Source: an uncultured Thermoleophilia bacterium (GTDB taxonomy: Bacteria; Actinomycetota; Thermoleophilia; UBA2241). From it: a stretch of DNA of 64,000 bases. The position numbers and the translations under genes are program-made. Below the pieces are notes generated by a model. The model was not told the origin of the DNA. It saw only the letters and a list, made by a program, of their open reading frames with translations, and ran no database searches. Positions 9,660 through 19,572 of the stretch are shown piece after piece. Location: NCBI GenBank assembly GCA_963715985.1, contig CAVQSP010000012.1, positions 837 to 64,836 on the forward strand, given 5' to 3'. Position 1 is the stretch's first letter. Each line of letters opens with the position of its first letter.

Positions 9660-11033
9660 TCACACGGAGCAGTAGGCCGCCAGCTGCCGCCGCGTGACCT
9701 CGTCCAGCGGCGGCTGCTCGTACGTCTCCAGCAGCTCCGCGACACGGTCGGCGGCGGCGGTCAGGACGGTGTCGGCGCCGGCGCCGAGTGCGCTGTCGTA
9801 GCTCTGCCTCGCGAACACGGACGGCTTGGCGCCTCCCTGCCTGTGCGTGCGCGTGTGCCGCTGCGAGAGGTACATGCCGCCGGGTCCCACCTTCTCGATG
9901 ACGTCGAGCGCGAGTGACTCGGGACCCAGGTCGATCTGCCAGGGGCGGGACCGCAGGGCGCCGATGAGCTCGTCGTCGACGACGAGCTTCTCCCAGCTGA
10001 GCGCGTTGTAGGCGCTCAGCACGCCCATGCCCTGGAACAGGAAGTCGACCTCGCGCTCCAGCACAAGCGCGACGCCGAGCGCGCTCTCGATGCCCGCCTG
10101 CAGGTCGGGCAGATGAGCGTCGGTGATGGCCCCACCGGCGCGCACGGGGAGCCCGAGCCAGTGCCCGAGCTCGACGGTGGCCGCCGCGAGGCCCCAGAAG
10201 GTGGGATCGCCGGCCAGCATGCCGCCGGTCCGCATCGAGCCCGCGGACGCGACTCCGCCGTAGATGATCGGGCAGCCGGGACTGAGCAGCTGGGCGAGGA
10301 CGACGCCGGCCAGGGCTTCAGCGTGCTGCAGCACCAGCAGTCCGCCCGCCGTCACCGGGCCGCTGACGCCACCGATCGGGATTGCCATCACCCACAGCGG
10401 CTGTCCCAGCAGCGCCATCTCCTCCACGGCCCGGCAGGTGTCGGCGTCGAAGCGCAACGGCGACATGGAGGTGAAGCCGTAAAGGAAGCGCGGCCGCTCG
10501 TGCCAGGAGGCGCCGTAGAGGATCTCGCTGGTGTCCCGGAAGACGCGGCGCTGCATCTCCGTGAACGCGGGGTACTCGAAGGGCTTGTCGGTCAGTGTGA
10601 GGTACTCGTACACGCTTCTGCGGTACTCCGTCGGGTCGTCCATGTCGGGGAAGTAGAGGCCGTAGCCGACCATGTCGACGTTCTCGAGGCGATGACAGAG
10701 CCGCGCGTACTTGGCGATGTCGGCCAGGTCAGGCGGCCGCAGCTCGCCGCCCTCGGCGACGAACGTGGGCCCGGAGGCGCTGGCGACCACGGTGTGGCCG
10801 CGGCCGAACACCAAGGACCTCGCGGCCTCACGGGCCACGAGCTCGAAGGAGCGCGGCGCCGTGGCGAGCGCCTCGGCCACCTGGTCCTCGGTCATGAAGA
10901 CGCGCTCGCCGTAGGTGCCGAAGCCCGCGGCGCGGAAGCGGCGCACGACGTCCTCGGACTCGAAGACGACGCCGGTGCTCCCGAGCACGTGCAGGCCCGC
11001 CTCGTGGATGCGGCGCAGCTCGTCGGTCGTCAT
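9660..11033 (-). CDS. MttB-superfamily methyltransferase, paralog 2 (short class, intact)
   Basis: ORF 9660..11198. The likely start is ATG 11033 (MTTDELRRIHEAGLHVLGSTGVVFE..). It is collinear with paralog 3 (..LSPGCPIIYGG..AGDPTFW..GLPVRAGGAITDAHLPDLQAG..VLSAYNALSWEKLVVDDELIG..GPGGMYLSQRHTRTH). There is no internal stop. Confidence 0.85.
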   Translation of the reverse strand: MTTDELRRIHEAGLHVLGSTGVVFESEDVVRRFRAAGFGTYGERVFMTEDQVAEALATAPRSFELVAREAARSLVFGRGHTVVASASGPTFVAEGGELRPPDLADIAKYARLCHRLENVDMVGYGLYFPDMDDPTEYRRSVYEYLTLTDKPFEYPAFTEMQRRVFRDTSEILYGASWHERPRFLYGFTSMSPLRFDADTCRAVEEMALLGQPLWVMAIPIGGVSGPVTAGGLLVLQHAEALAGVVLAQLLSPGCPIIYGGVASAGSMRTGGMLAGDPTFWGLAAATVELGHWLGLPVRAGGAITDAHLPDLQAGIESALGVALVLEREVDFLFQGMGVLSAYNALSWEKLVVDDELIGALRSRPWQIDLGPESLALDVIEKVGPGGMYLSQRHTRTHRQGGAKPSVFARQSYDSALGAGADTVLTAAADRVAELLETYEQPPLDEVTRRQLAAYCSV

Positions 11034-11073
11034 CGCGGTCCTCCGCTTCGCGTGACCGGCGGGCAGCCGGGTC

Positions 11074-11320
11074 TCACGCGTCCCGGCCGGCGACTGCCCG
11101 CGCGTCCTGCAACCGGAGCGAGACGGCGGCGGCGAAGTCGCGCACGTCCCGGACCTCCTCGAAGGCCCAGATCGCGCCGGCCACTTCGTCGAGGGCATCG
11201 GGACCGAGGAGGTGGCGCAGTAACCAGCGGAACCTCTTCTCCATGCGGGCGCAGGACGTTGCTGCGCAGCGACTCACAGAGGTGATCGCCGAGTTCTCTC
11301 CTGATCTGGTCGTCGGTCAT
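11074..11320 (-). CDS. Small hypothetical protein (about 80 aa) between MttB paralogs 3 and 2, with an apparent frame change
   Basis: MTDDQIRRELGDHLCESLRSNVLR.. (11030..11617 frame, ATG 11320) continues in the 11074..11277 frame (..EKRFRWLLRHLLGPDALDEVAGAIWAFEEVRDVRDFAAAVSLRL..). No family was recognised. It is preceded by a lower-GC 226-nt spacer. Confidence 0.3.
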
Positions 11321-11342
11321 GGTCGCACCCCCAGTGCTGGGC

Positions 11343-11369
11343 AACCGATCGGTCGCCAGAACCGATCGG
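11343..11369. promoter_or_regulatory. Two direct copies of AACCGATCGG (each containing the palindrome CCGATCGG) 17 bp apart; operator-like site
   Basis: Read directly: aaccgatcgg tcgccag aaccgatcgg. It lies 25-50 nt upstream of the small ORF start (minus strand), inside the only sizeable spacer in the MttB run. Confidence 0.25.
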
Positions 11370-11546
11370 CATGGGTCCTCTGTGCGCGGCAGTGTGGCAC
11401 GCAATGGAAGCCATTCAAGGAACCTGCCGTCGAGGTCCAGCATATGGGACCCCAAGTGCCGCTCTTCTGGAGGTGCATCGCTCGGTGCCCGCGACGCAGT
11501 GGTGGTGGACCGGGCTGGGGGCGGCGGGCGAAGCGGAGCCGGCCGG

Positions 11547-12926
11547 TCACGCCAGGCAGTAGGCGTCGAGCTGCCGGCGGACCATCGCGTCCAGGTCGTC
11601 CGGCGGCTCGTACGCATCCAGGCGGCGGGCGACTTCCGCGGCGGCGGCGGCGCGCAGGTCCTCGCCGCCGCCGGCCAGCCACTTCTCGAGCGCGTCGCGC
11701 ACGAGGATGGTGGGCCGGAGGTGGTCGCGCGCGTGGCGGCGCGTGTGTGCCTGCCCCAGGTAGCTGCCGGCCGGGCCGACCGCCGCGATGATGTCCTCGG
11801 CCAGCGCCTCGGCGTCGGTCGCGGCCGGGGCGGCTGCGGCGCGCAGCGTGGTGATCAGCTCGTCGTCCATCACGAGCTTCTCCAGAGACGTGACGTTGTA
11901 CGAGCTGAGCACGCCGGCGCCCTGCATGATGAAGTCGGCGCCGGCGCGCATCCCGGCGGCGAGACTCAGCGCCGACTCGAGCATGGCCTGAGCGTCGGGC
12001 ACGTGCGCGTCGGTGACGGCGGCGCCGGCGCGCACCGGCAGTCCGCAGTGGCGCGCCAGCAGCACCGAGGCCTCGGCCATGCCGGCGAACTCCGCCGTGC
12101 CGAAGGTCGCCATGCCGGTGCGCAGGTCCGACATCGTGGAGAGGCCGCCGTACATGAACGGGCTCCCCTCGGCGGCGGCCTGGGCCAGCACCAGCGACGC
12201 CAGCACCTCGGCGTGCTGGACGACGAGCGTGCCGGCCGGCGTGGCGGGTCCGGTGGTGCCGCCCATCACGCAGGCCGTGACACAGCTCGGCTGGCCGAGG
12301 CGCGCCCAGCGCAGCAGCAGGCGCGCCGTCTCGCCGACGATCTGCAGGGGCGAGGTCGTGTTGAGGATGATGAAGGCGCGCGGCCGGCTCGCCCAGTCCG
12401 CGCCGAAGAGGATCTCGTTGATCGCCACCGCGTCGTCGAGGTCCTCGTCCACGCTGGCGATCCACTCGGTGCTCTTGTCGCTCAGCGTCAGCCGGGCGTG
12501 CGTCGTGCGCCGCGTGCGCACGTCCTCCGGCAGGTCGAGCGGTTCGACGGCGTCGCCCTGGAAGTCGACGGCGGCCGAGACGTGAGCGAGCCGGGCCACA
12601 TCGGCGGCGTCTGCCAGACGGCCGGGTCTTACGACGTCGCCGTCGAGCACGAAGGCCGGCCCGGAGACGGTGCCGATCACCGTCCGCCCCTCGCCGAACG
12701 TCAGGTCTCGCGCGGGCGAGCGGCCCTCGAGGACGAACGTCGAGGGCGCGGCGGCCAGCGCCGCCTGCACCGCGCCCTCGCCGATCCACACGCGCCGGCC
12801 GTCGGCCCGCGCGCCGCGCGCGACCAGGAGCGCGACGGCCTCGTCGTCCTGGACGAGCACGCCGGTGCTCTCCAGCACGCGCAGCGCCGCCGCGTGGATG
12901 GCTTCGATGTCGGCGACCGAGAACAC
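11547..12926 (-). CDS. MttB-superfamily methyltransferase, paralog 3 (short class, intact)
   Basis: Intact 459-aa ORF MFSVADIEAIHAAALRVLESTGVLVQDDEAV...GPAGSYLGQAHTRRHARDHLRPTILVRDALEKW.. It has family-wide collinearity with the other paralogs. Confidence 0.9.
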   Translation of the reverse strand: MFSVADIEAIHAAALRVLESTGVLVQDDEAVALLVARGARADGRRVWIGEGAVQAALAAAPSTFVLEGRSPARDLTFGEGRTVIGTVSGPAFVLDGDVVRPGRLADAADVARLAHVSAAVDFQGDAVEPLDLPEDVRTRRTTHARLTLSDKSTEWIASVDEDLDDAVAINEILFGADWASRPRAFIILNTTSPLQIVGETARLLLRWARLGQPSCVTACVMGGTTGPATPAGTLVVQHAEVLASLVLAQAAAEGSPFMYGGLSTMSDLRTGMATFGTAEFAGMAEASVLLARHCGLPVRAGAAVTDAHVPDAQAMLESALSLAAGMRAGADFIMQGAGVLSSYNVTSLEKLVMDDELITTLRAAAAPAATDAEALAEDIIAAVGPAGSYLGQAHTRRHARDHLRPTILVRDALEKWLAGGGEDLRAAAAAEVARRLDAYEPPDDLDAMVRRQLDAYCLA

Positions 12927-12983
12927 GTCGCTCAGGCCGTCGCCGGCGAGCGGCTCACCGACGCGCCGGCCACGCGGCCTCCC

Positions 12984-14441
12984 TCACGCCTCGGGCCGAA
13001 GCCGTCGACGACGGCGTCGATGCGCGCCGCCACCTCTGCTGGCAGCGGCGCCGGCTCGTGCTCGGCGAGGATCTTCAGGGCTTTGCGGCGGGCCTTCTCG
13101 GCGAGGTCGAGCCCGCCCTCCTCCTGCCAGCGCACGTGGCCCTCGCGGTTGATGATGGTGGGGCGCCACTGGGCGGAGCGTACGTGGCGCTTGGTGTGCT
13201 TGGCGGAGAGGAAGTCGCCGCCGGGGCCGACCTGGCGCGACGACGTCCACGGCCAGCGTCTCCTCGCTCACCTCGACGCCGGCGAAGAGGCGGCGGTTGA
13301 GGGAGATGAACTCGTCCATCATCACGATCAGCTCGAGCGAGGCGGTCATGCCGAAGTCCATGTAGCCCGAGGTCGTGGTTGAGGTTGGAGCCCGTGGCGA
13401 GGCTGAGGAACGTCGCCTCGCCGCCCTCCATGCCGGCCTGCGCGTCGACGACCTGGGCGTCGGTCGTGCCGGCGTAGCCCCAGTTGGGCAGGTCCATCCA
13501 GCGCGCCAGCTCCGTCATGCACACGTAGCCGATGTAGTACTCGGGTGCGTTGTAGGCCGATTGCATGGTCGCCATGTCGAGCACGGCGGGGCCGATGCCG
13601 TAGATGAACGGCGCGCCCGGAGCTGCGCAGCTGGTGCACCACCAGGCCGAGCAGCGACTCGGCGGTGCCCAGGGCGATGTGCCCGGCCGCGGTGATGGGC
13701 GCCGTGCCGCCCGCGAGCGGCGCCGTGGAGTACACGCACGGGATGCCCTTGTCGGCGCAGAAGAGGAGCTTGGCGAGCGCCTCCGCGGGGTGCCGCAGCG
13801 CGCTCGTGGGCTCGCCGTACATGATGAAGTACGGCTTGGCGCGGAGCTCCGCCTCCCCGCCGCGCAGCTCCCCGGCGATCTGCCACATCGCGGCCAGGTC
13901 GCGCTCGTTCTCGGCCACCACGACGGGCGGCTTCGTGGTGTTCATCACCATGGCGCGGAAGCTCTCCAGCAGCGCCACGTGCGGGTCACGGTCGCCCGGG
14001 TGCGCGTAGCTCATCACGAAGTCGACGTTGGGCAGGGCGTCGCACCAGACGCGCCGCCATCACGCCGTCGGCGAGCACGGTGGGGCGGTGCTCGCCGGTC
14101 TCGAGGTCCCAGACGTTCGTCACCGCCGAGCCATTGCCGAAGTACGCGTTGTAGCGGCCCAGCGACATCGCGGGCTCGCCGGCTCTGTCGTAGACCTCGA
14201 CCACCGGCGGCGCCGTGGCGCGGGTCTTCTCGACCAGTTCGCGGGGCACGCGCACGAGGTTGTCGCCCTCCACCTCGCAGCCGGCGCGCGCAGCAGCTCG
14301 ACCGCCTGCGGCGTCGTGCACGCGCTGGCCCACGGTGGCCATGATCTCGAGGGCGGCGTCGTAGATGGCCGCCTTCTGCCGTCCGTCAGGTACGAGAGAT
14401 GCCCGGGGTAGTCCGGACTGAGAGCGGTAGGGAGCGGGCAT
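12984..14441 (-). pseudogene. MttB-superfamily methyltransferase, paralog 4 (long class), about 6 frame changes
   Basis: Collinear pieces: 13986..14441 (..AAIYDAALEIMATVGQRVHDAA..YFGNGSAVTNVWDLETGEHRP); 13346..14017 (MMSYAHPGDRDPH..NTTKPP..LRAKPYFIMYGEPTSAL..APITAAGH); 13075..13584 (LDMATMQSAYNAPEYYIGYVCMTELARWMDLPNWGYAGT..GSNLNHDLG); 12984..13361 (DFGMTASLELIVMMDEFISLNRRLFAGVEV); and 12932..13135 (RWQEEGGLDLAEKARRKALKIL..). The probable stop is at 12984. Confidence 0.8.
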
Positions 14442-14444
14442 GTG

Positions 14445-15899
14445 TCAGGCCTCCGGGGTGTAGTCGTCCACGAGCGCGTCGATGCGCGCCGCCACCTCTG
14501 CGGGCAGCGGCGCCGGCTCGTGCTCGGCGAGGATCTTCAGGGCTTTGCGGCGGGCCTTCTCGGCGAGGTCGAGCCCGCCCTCCTCCTGCCAGCGCACGTG
14601 GCCCTCGCGGTTGATGATCGTGGGGCGCCACTGGGCGGAGCGTACGTGGCGCTTGGTGTGCTTGGCGGAGAGGAAGTCGCCGCCGGGGCCGACCTGGCGG
14701 ACGACGTCGACGGCGAGCGTCTCCTCGCTCACCTCGACGCCGGCGAAGAGGCGGCGGTTGAGGGACACGTACTCGTCGACGATGACGATGAGCTCCAGCG
14801 AGGCCGTGAGCCCGAAGTCCAGGTAGCCCACGTCGTGGTTGAGGTTGGAGCCGGCGGCCATACAAAGTAAGGCGAGTTCCGCGATCTCCATCCCGGCCTG
14901 CGCGTCCACGAGCTGCGAGTCCGAGGTGCCGCCGTAGCCCCAGTTGGGCAGGTCGAGCCAGCGCGCCATCTCGATCTGGCAGAGGAAGTCATGAGGTACT
15001 CGGGCGCGTTGTAGGAGCTCTGCGAGGTGGCCATGTCGAGCACGGCGGGGCCGATGCCGAAGAGGAAGGGCGCCCCGGGCCGGTGCAGCTGGTGGATGAC
15101 GAGCCCGAACAGCGACTCGGCCACGCCCTGGCAGGTGTGCCCGGCCACGGTGATGGGCGCCGTGCCGCCGGCCAGCGGCGCCGGCGAGTAGATCGCCGGG
15201 ATGCCCTTGTCGGCGCAGAACAGCAGCTTGGCGATGCTCTCCACCGGGTGGCTGAGCGGGCTCACGGGCTCCAGGTACATGGTGAAGTACGGCTTGGCCC
15301 GCAACTCCTCCTCGCCGCCGCGCAGCTCGCAGGCCACGCGCCACATCACCTCGAGGTCGCCGGCGTGCTCGGAGGTCATCACCATGGGCTTGGTGGTGTT
15401 GCTCGCCATGGCACGGAAGCTCTCGAGGTAGCGAGCGGTGCGGCTCCACGTCGTCGGGGTGGGCGAACGACATCACGAAGTCGATGTTGGGCAGGCGTCG
15501 CAGAGACGCGCGGCGCGCCCCACGTCGGCGATGGTGCTCAGGCGGTGCTCGCCGGTCTCGAGGTCGTAGGTGCTGATGAGGTCCGAGCCGGTGCCGAAGT
15601 AGCTGTTGGTCCCGCCCAGCGACATCGCCGGCTCGCCCTCGCGACTGAAGACCTCCACGACGGGCGGCGCCGTGGCGCGCGCCTCTTCGACCAGCGCACG
15701 CGGGATGCGCACCAGGTGGTCGTCCTGCACCTCGCAGCCCGCGCCGCGCAGCAGCTCGCGGGCCGCCTCGTGGTGCACGCGCATGCCCACGCTCTCGATG
15801 ATCTCGAGTGCGGCCTCGTAGATGGCCGTCTTGTCGGCCTCGGTGAGATACGTCAGGCGGCCTGCGCGCGGCCGGGGCTCAGGAGTCAGCGGTCGGCAC
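14445..15899 (-). pseudogene. MttB-superfamily methyltransferase, paralog 5 (long class, tandem to paralog 4), about 4 frame changes
   Basis: GTG 15899 lies 5 nt after GGGAGGAGG. Pieces are in frames 15473..16114 (GRLTYLTEADKTAIYEAALEIIESVGMRVHHEAA..YFGTGSDLISTYDLETGEHR), 14729..15409 (ASNTTKPMVMTSEHAGDLEVMW..APITVAGHTCQGVAESLFGLVIHQL..YNAPEY) and 14445..15476 (MMSFAHPDDVEPH / ..FLCQIEMARWLDLPNWGYGGTSDS..GPGGDFLSAKHTKRH..YTPEA*). Confidence 0.8.
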
Positions 15900-15971
15900 G
15901 GTGGCCTCCTCCCGTCACGACGGTCTGCTCGTCTGGTCGCGGCCGCCCGCGTCGCGGCCACGGCGGCTGAG

Positions 15972-17507
15972 TCACAGGCTGCGGACGATGGCGGCGAAGT
16001 CGCCGGCGGCCACAGCCGCGGCCGCGGCCTCCAGCTCCGGCGCCAGGTAGCGGTCGCGACCGAGCGTCGGCGCGAAGCGCCGCACGAGGTCGCGTCCGGC
16101 TTTGGTCCCGACACCGGCCTCGAGCGGCGCCAGCAGGTCGATGGCCTGCGCCGCGCACAGCGCCTCTATGCCCAGCACGGTCTGCGCGTTGCGCAGCACG
16201 TCGAGCAGCTTGAGCGCCGCCGTCATGCCCATGCTCACATGGTCTTCCTGGTCGCCGGAACTGGGGATGGAATCCACGCTGGCAGGGTGGCACAGCACCT
16301 TGTTCTCGGACACGAGGGCCGCGGCGGTGTACTGGGCGATCATGTAGCCGTTGTTGAGCCCGCTGTCCCTGGTGAGGAACGGCGGCAGCTCGGAGAGCGA
16401 GCTGGTGAGCATGCGGAACGTGCGCCGCTCGCTGATGCTGGCGATCTCGCTCACCGCCATGGCCGCGAGGTCGAGCGCCAGGGCGAGCGGCTCCCCGTGG
16501 AAGTTGCCGGCGGAGATGATCTCGCCGCTGTCGGGGAACACGAGCGGGTTGTCGGTGACGGCGTCCACCTCGACGGCGATGACCTCGCGCAGCCAGCGCA
16601 GGGCGTCGCGGCAGGCGCCGTGCACCTGCGGGATGCAGCGCAGCGAGTAGGCGTCCTGCACCTTGTCGCAGTTGAGGTGGCTGAGCATGATGGCGCTGCC
16701 CTCGGTGGCGGCGCGCACGTGGCCGGCCGTCTGCAGCTGGCCGGGGATGGGGCGCAGCGCCTGGATGCGCTCCTGGAAGGGACCCACAGAGGCGCGCAGG
16801 CCTTCCAGGCTCATCGCGCCGATCAGGTCCGCCGAGTCCAGCAGCGCCTCGCCGTCGGCCACCGCCAGGCAGCCGATGGCGGCCATGAACTGCGTGCCGT
16901 TGAGCAGGCTCAGGCCTTCCTTGGCCTCGGGGACGAGGGGCGCGAGCCCTGCCGCCCGCAAGGCGGGCGCGGACGGCTCGCGCCGCCCGTCATGACTGAG
17001 CAGCTCGCCCTCGCCCATCATCGCCAGCACGAGGTGCGCGGACGGGGCGAGATCGCCGGAGGCGCCCAGCGAGCCCCGCGACGGCACCCACGGCACGATG
17101 TCGGCGTTGAGCATGTCGGCGACCATCTGCGCGACCGAGGCGCGCACGCCGGAGTGACCGCGGGCCATGGTGTTCAGGCGGATGACCATGGCGGCGCGCA
17201 CGGCGTCACGAGCCAGCGGCGCGCCGACGCCCACGGCGTGGCTGCGCACCAGGTTCTCCTGCAGCTCCTTCACCTTGCCGGCCGGGATGTGCGTGGTGGC
17301 CAGCAGGCCGAAGCCGGTGGTGACGCCGTACGCCACCTGCTCCTCCGCGATGACCCGGGCGATGACCTCGTGAGCGGCGGCGATGCGGTCCAGCGCGGCC
17401 CGGCCGAGGGAGACCTCGGCGCCGCCGCGCGCCACCGCCACCACCTGGTCGATGGTGAGCGGCGCGTCCCCGATCACGACGGGCGGCGGCGCGGACGTCC
17501 CGTTCAC
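15972..17507 (-). CDS. hutH: Histidine ammonia-lyase
   Basis: Intact 511-aa ORF with the MIO-forming triad in SLGASGDLAPSAH, plus GVTTGFG, NLVRSHAVGVG and DQEDHVSMG. The GTG start overlaps the sucD stop (GTGA). Confidence 0.9.
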   Translation of the reverse strand: MNGTSAPPPVVIGDAPLTIDQVVAVARGGAEVSLGRAALDRIAAAHEVIARVIAEEQVAYGVTTGFGLLATTHIPAGKVKELQENLVRSHAVGVGAPLARDAVRAAMVIRLNTMARGHSGVRASVAQMVADMLNADIVPWVPSRGSLGASGDLAPSAHLVLAMMGEGELLSHDGRREPSAPALRAAGLAPLVPEAKEGLSLLNGTQFMAAIGCLAVADGEALLDSADLIGAMSLEGLRASVGPFQERIQALRPIPGQLQTAGHVRAATEGSAIMLSHLNCDKVQDAYSLRCIPQVHGACRDALRWLREVIAVEVDAVTDNPLVFPDSGEIISAGNFHGEPLALALDLAAMAVSEIASISERRTFRMLTSSLSELPPFLTRDSGLNNGYMIAQYTAAALVSENKVLCHPASVDSIPSSGDQEDHVSMGMTAALKLLDVLRNAQTVLGIEALCAAQAIDLLAPLEAGVGTKAGRDLVRRFAPTLGRDRYLAPELEAAAAAVAAGDFAAIVRSL

Positions 17508-18388
17508 GGGGCGACCCTCCCGCGCAGGCTCCGCCGCACCAGCGCCACGACCTCGGACGGCGCCTGGGCCACCGGGATGCCGGCGGACTCGAGCGCCCTC
17601 TTCTTGTCGGCCGCCGTACCGGCGCCGCCCTCGATGATGGCGCCGGCGTGGCCCATGCGCTTGCCGGGAGGCGCGCTGAAACCGGCCACGAAGGCCACGA
17701 CCGGCTTGGTGACGTGCTCGATCACGTAGGCCGCGGCCGTCTCCTCGTCGTTGCCGCCGATCTCGCCGATCAGCACGATGGCCTCTGTCTCGGGGTCGGC
17801 CTGATAGAGCTCGAGACAGTCCACGAAGCCAAGACCGTGGACGGGGTCGCCGCCCATGCCGACCACGGTGGACTGCCCGATCTCGGCCTCCGTCAGCTTC
17901 TGGACGACCTCATAGGTGAGCGTCCCGGAGCGCGAGACGAGGCCCACCGGGCCGGGCGTGCACACATCGGCGGGCATGATGCCGACATTGGCGCGGCGCG
18001 GGGTCACGAGCCCCGGGCCGTTGGGACCGATGAGCAGCGTGCCGCGCCGCGCGAGGTGAGAGATGACCTCGGCCATGTCCCGCGCCGGGATGTCCTCGGT
18101 GACGCACACGAGCAGGCGGATGCCGCCGTCCGCCGCCTCGATCATGGCGTCGCGGGCGTAGTGCGCGGGGACGAAGACCACGGAGACGTCGGCGCCGGTC
18201 TGCGCCACGGCATCGGCGACGGTGTCGAAGACCGGGAGGCCGGCGACCTCCTGCCCGGCGCGACCGGGAGACGTGCCGGCGACCACGTTGGTGCCGGCGG
18301 CGCGCATGCGCGCCGCGTGGAAGGTGCCTTCGCGGCCGGTGATGCCCTGCACGAGCACGCGGCTGTGTTCGTCGACGAGGATGGCCAT
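17504..18388 (-). CDS. sucD: Succinyl-CoA synthetase (ADP-forming) alpha subunit
   Basis: The 294-aa part of ORF 17504..19387 starting at MAILVDEHSRVLVQGITGREGTFH. It has SRSGTLTYE and the phosphohistidine loop GKRMGHAGAI. The ATG shares one base with the sucC stop. Confidence 0.9.
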   Translation of the reverse strand: MAILVDEHSRVLVQGITGREGTFHAARMRAAGTNVVAGTSPGRAGQEVAGLPVFDTVADAVAQTGADVSVVFVPAHYARDAMIEAADGGIRLLVCVTEDIPARDMAEVISHLARRGTLLIGPNGPGLVTPRRANVGIMPADVCTPGPVGLVSRSGTLTYEVVQKLTEAEIGQSTVVGMGGDPVHGLGFVDCLELYQADPETEAIVLIGEIGGNDEETAAAYVIEHVTKPVVAFVAGFSAPPGKRMGHAGAIIEGGAGTAADKKRALESAGIPVAQAPSEVVALVRRSLRGRVAP

Positions 18389-19569
18389 CAGTCGCCTCCC
18401 CCGGTCGTGGTGGCGGCAGGCAGGTCGCCGCGGGCCGCCGCGACCGCGAGCTCGACGGCCTCGGCCGCGCTGCCGGCGACGGTGACGCCGGCCAGCCCCG
18501 CCTCGGCGAGCACGGAGCGGCCGTCGGCGGCCGCCGTGCCGTCCAGGCGGACGATGACCGGCACGTCCACCTTGCTCTCGCCGAACACCTGCACGAGCCC
18601 GCGCGCGACCTCGTCGCAGCGGGTGATGCCACCGAAGATGCTCACGAGCACGGCGGCCACGTGGCCGCCGGCGAGGATGACCTCGAGGGCGTCGGCCACG
18701 ACCTTGGCACGGGCGCCGCCGCCGATGTCGCAGAAGTCCGCGGCGGCGCCTCCGGCCGCGGCGATCTGGTCGATGGTGCTCATCACGAGTCCGGCGCCGT
18801 TGCCCAGCACGCCGATGTCGCCGTCCAGCTCGACGAACGCGAGCCCGGCCCTGTGGGCCTTCGCCTCGCGTGCATCCGCCGACGCCTCGGCCAGGGCGGC
18901 GAAGTCCGGGTGCCGGAACAGCGCGCTGTCGTCGACGGTGACCTTGCTGTCCAGGCACACCACCACGCCGTCCTGGGTGAGGGCGAGCGGGTTGATCTCG
19001 ATCAGCGTGGCATCGCTCTCGAGATAGAGACTCCAGGCGGCGCGCACGGTGGCGTCCAGGGCACGGCCGGCGTAGGACTTGCGCGGCAGGCCGGCGGCCG
19101 CCAGCACGTCGCGGACCTGGTAGTCGCAGAGGCCCAGCAGCGGATCCACCGGCCGGCGCACGATGGCCGAGGGGTCGCGATGGGCGAGGTCTTCGATGTC
19201 CACACCGCCCTCGCGCGCGAACACGAGCACAGGGCCGCGGGCGGCGCGGGACAGCGCGATGGAGAGGTACATCTCCCGCGCGATGTCCGCGGCCTCCTCC
19301 ACGAGCACGGCCTCGACCGGCTTGTCCTTGATGGTCATGGCGAGGATCTCGGCGGCCGCAGCCTCCACCTCGTCGCGAGTCTGGCACAGGCGTACGCCGC
19401 CGGCCTTGCCGCGGCCGCCCGTCTTGACCTGCGCCTTGACGACGGCGGGGAGGCCGAGGCGGCGGGTGGCCTCGACGGCCTCCGCCGGCGTGACGGCCAC
19501 CGCGCTGGCCAGCACGGGCAGCCCGGCGGCCGCGAACAGCTTCTTGCCCTGATGCTCAAGCAGGTCCAC
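18388..19569 (-). CDS. sucC: Succinyl-CoA synthetase beta subunit
   Basis: Intact 393-aa ORF MDLLEHQGKKLFAAAGLPV..VVKAQVKTGGRGKAGGV..NGAGLVMSTIDQI..ANFCDIGGGA-like (ADFCDIGGGA). Confidence 0.9.
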   Translation of the reverse strand: MDLLEHQGKKLFAAAGLPVLASAVAVTPAEAVEATRRLGLPAVVKAQVKTGGRGKAGGVRLCQTRDEVEAAAAEILAMTIKDKPVEAVLVEEAADIAREMYLSIALSRAARGPVLVFAREGGVDIEDLAHRDPSAIVRRPVDPLLGLCDYQVRDVLAAAGLPRKSYAGRALDATVRAAWSLYLESDATLIEINPLALTQDGVVVCLDSKVTVDDSALFRHPDFAALAEASADAREAKAHRAGLAFVELDGDIGVLGNGAGLVMSTIDQIAAAGGAAADFCDIGGGARAKVVADALEVILAGGHVAAVLVSIFGGITRCDEVARGLVQVFGESKVDVPVIVRLDGTAAADGRSVLAEAGLAGVTVAGSAAEAVELAVAAARGDLPAATTTGGGD

Positions 19570-19572
19570 GGG

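Noticed and set aside
11319-13382. Long plus-strand ORFs antisense to the MttB, hutH, hutU and MttB6 genes (for example 11319..13382, 15822..17729, 22573..24435, 24801..26861, 28859..31156, 32851..34821)
   Set aside because: Their translations are low-complexity (R/A/G/H/D-rich) with no motifs. They mirror well-supported minus-strand genes and are typical GC-rich antisense shadows.
15972-17507. The first HAL copy acting as an ergothionase-type (MIO-less) trimethylamine lyase
   Set aside because: It has the canonical Ala-Ser-Gly triad and standard HutH motifs, so it is best called an ordinary histidine ammonia-lyase. Any special role is more plausible for the second copy.
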